This document shows, piece by piece, positions 63,243 through 64,000 of a DNA stretch of 64,000 bases (its first letter is position 1; the number at the start of each line of letters is the position of its first letter). A program made the position numbers and the translations under genes. The notes below the pieces were generated by a model that saw only the letters and a program-made list of their open reading frames with translations, was not told the DNA's origin and did no database searches. Origin of the DNA: Psilocybe cubensis (taxonomy: Eukaryota); the NCBI GenBank assembly GCA_017499595.2, contig CM038998.1, positions 1,550,001 to 1,614,000 on the forward strand. The letters run 5' to 3'.

Positions 63243-64000
63243 ATGACTACAATATTGGTCAATCACAAGGACACAAAAAGAATCTCTGTCGCTAGCAGCA
63301 GCGAAAAACTCTCCAATTTCTCCACAGACAATAATGGGGACATTCCCAGCCTAGGGATGCCAGTGGATGCTAAGGCATTTGGCTTTTTGTCACTCTGGAG
63401 GCAAGATAAAAAGGACTTGGACGCTGTAGCAACACAGCCATCGGTGTTTGATGACCCCACAACACTTGAGATCTACCGACCACCTCCACAGTACGAAAAT
63501 ACACATCGTTTCGACCCGCTTGCACGCTGGACATGGAGAGAGGAGAAGGTAAGCTGAATTCGGGTATTATCAGGTCATTCAATGATCTTTAATGTGATCA
63601 ATTAGCGTGTCTTGAGAAAGATTGACATTCGAATCATGTTGTGGGCATTTATCATGTTTTTCTCCCTGGAGCTCGATCGCAGCAACCTTAGTCAAGCCAA
63701 TGCCGATAATATTTTAAACGACCTGGGCCTGTCAACTAACGACTTCAACCTTGGAAATATTTTATTCCGCCTATCTTTTCTGCTTGCAGGTATCCTATAA
63801 TCATTTCTTTCATCTTCCTATATGATTTTGATCAGAATTTCTCACTGGCAGAGCTTCCTTCACAATTGATATCAAAACGGGTGGGTCCAGACGTATGGAT
63901 ACCTTGCCAGGCAAGATTATCATTCTTATGTTGCTTGCCTCACTAAAATCAAACCAGATGGTTCTCTGGAGTGCAGTTTCTACTTCTCAGTTCTGGTTAT
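63243..64000 (+). CDS. MFS transporter, allantoate-permease (Dal5/ACS) family; runs off window end
   Basis: IATQPSVFDDP-like motif, YENTHRFDPLARWTWREE, RKIDIRIM..LDRSNLSQA..DN, AELPSQLISKRVGPDVWIP. Confidence 0.85.

Overview
Gene-dense, intron-rich eukaryotic DNA that looks like a mushroom-forming basidiomycete (Agaricomycete-like: ~45-60 nt introns, CTRAC-like branch points); the species cannot be determined from this window. I reconstructed 26 spliced or single-exon protein genes by hand: a partial quinone reductase, two ubiquitin-specific proteases (Ubp2-like, CreB/Ubp9-13-like), THOC1, GAL10, two MFS transporters, a DUF4246 protein, Ess1/Pin1, a MOSC/mARC protein, three F-box-like proteins, a head-to-head Zn2Cys6/bHLH pair, two tandem BSP-family metallopeptidase genes (three domains), FCP1, a PsiK-like kinase, a SIKE/Far3-like protein, RNase H1, RAD5, CCT7 and three hypothetical proteins. 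No rRNA, tRNA, CRISPR array or intact transposon was seen. The strongest unusual signals are: (1) the RAD5 helicase motif I is assembled from 5-nt and 3-nt micro-exons; (2) RNase H1 has an ATG-free, in-frame, presequence-like extension starting at a CUG in strong context; (3) a two-domain BSP protein pairs a domain lacking the third zinc ligand with an intact one; (4) a PsiK-like kinase has no psilocybin-cluster partners in the window and ends 87 bp before FCP1; (5) five GC-AG introns and sharp GC-rich patches inside genes. Family assignments rest on motif recognition, not database searches; exon boundaries were read manually and may be off by a few bases.
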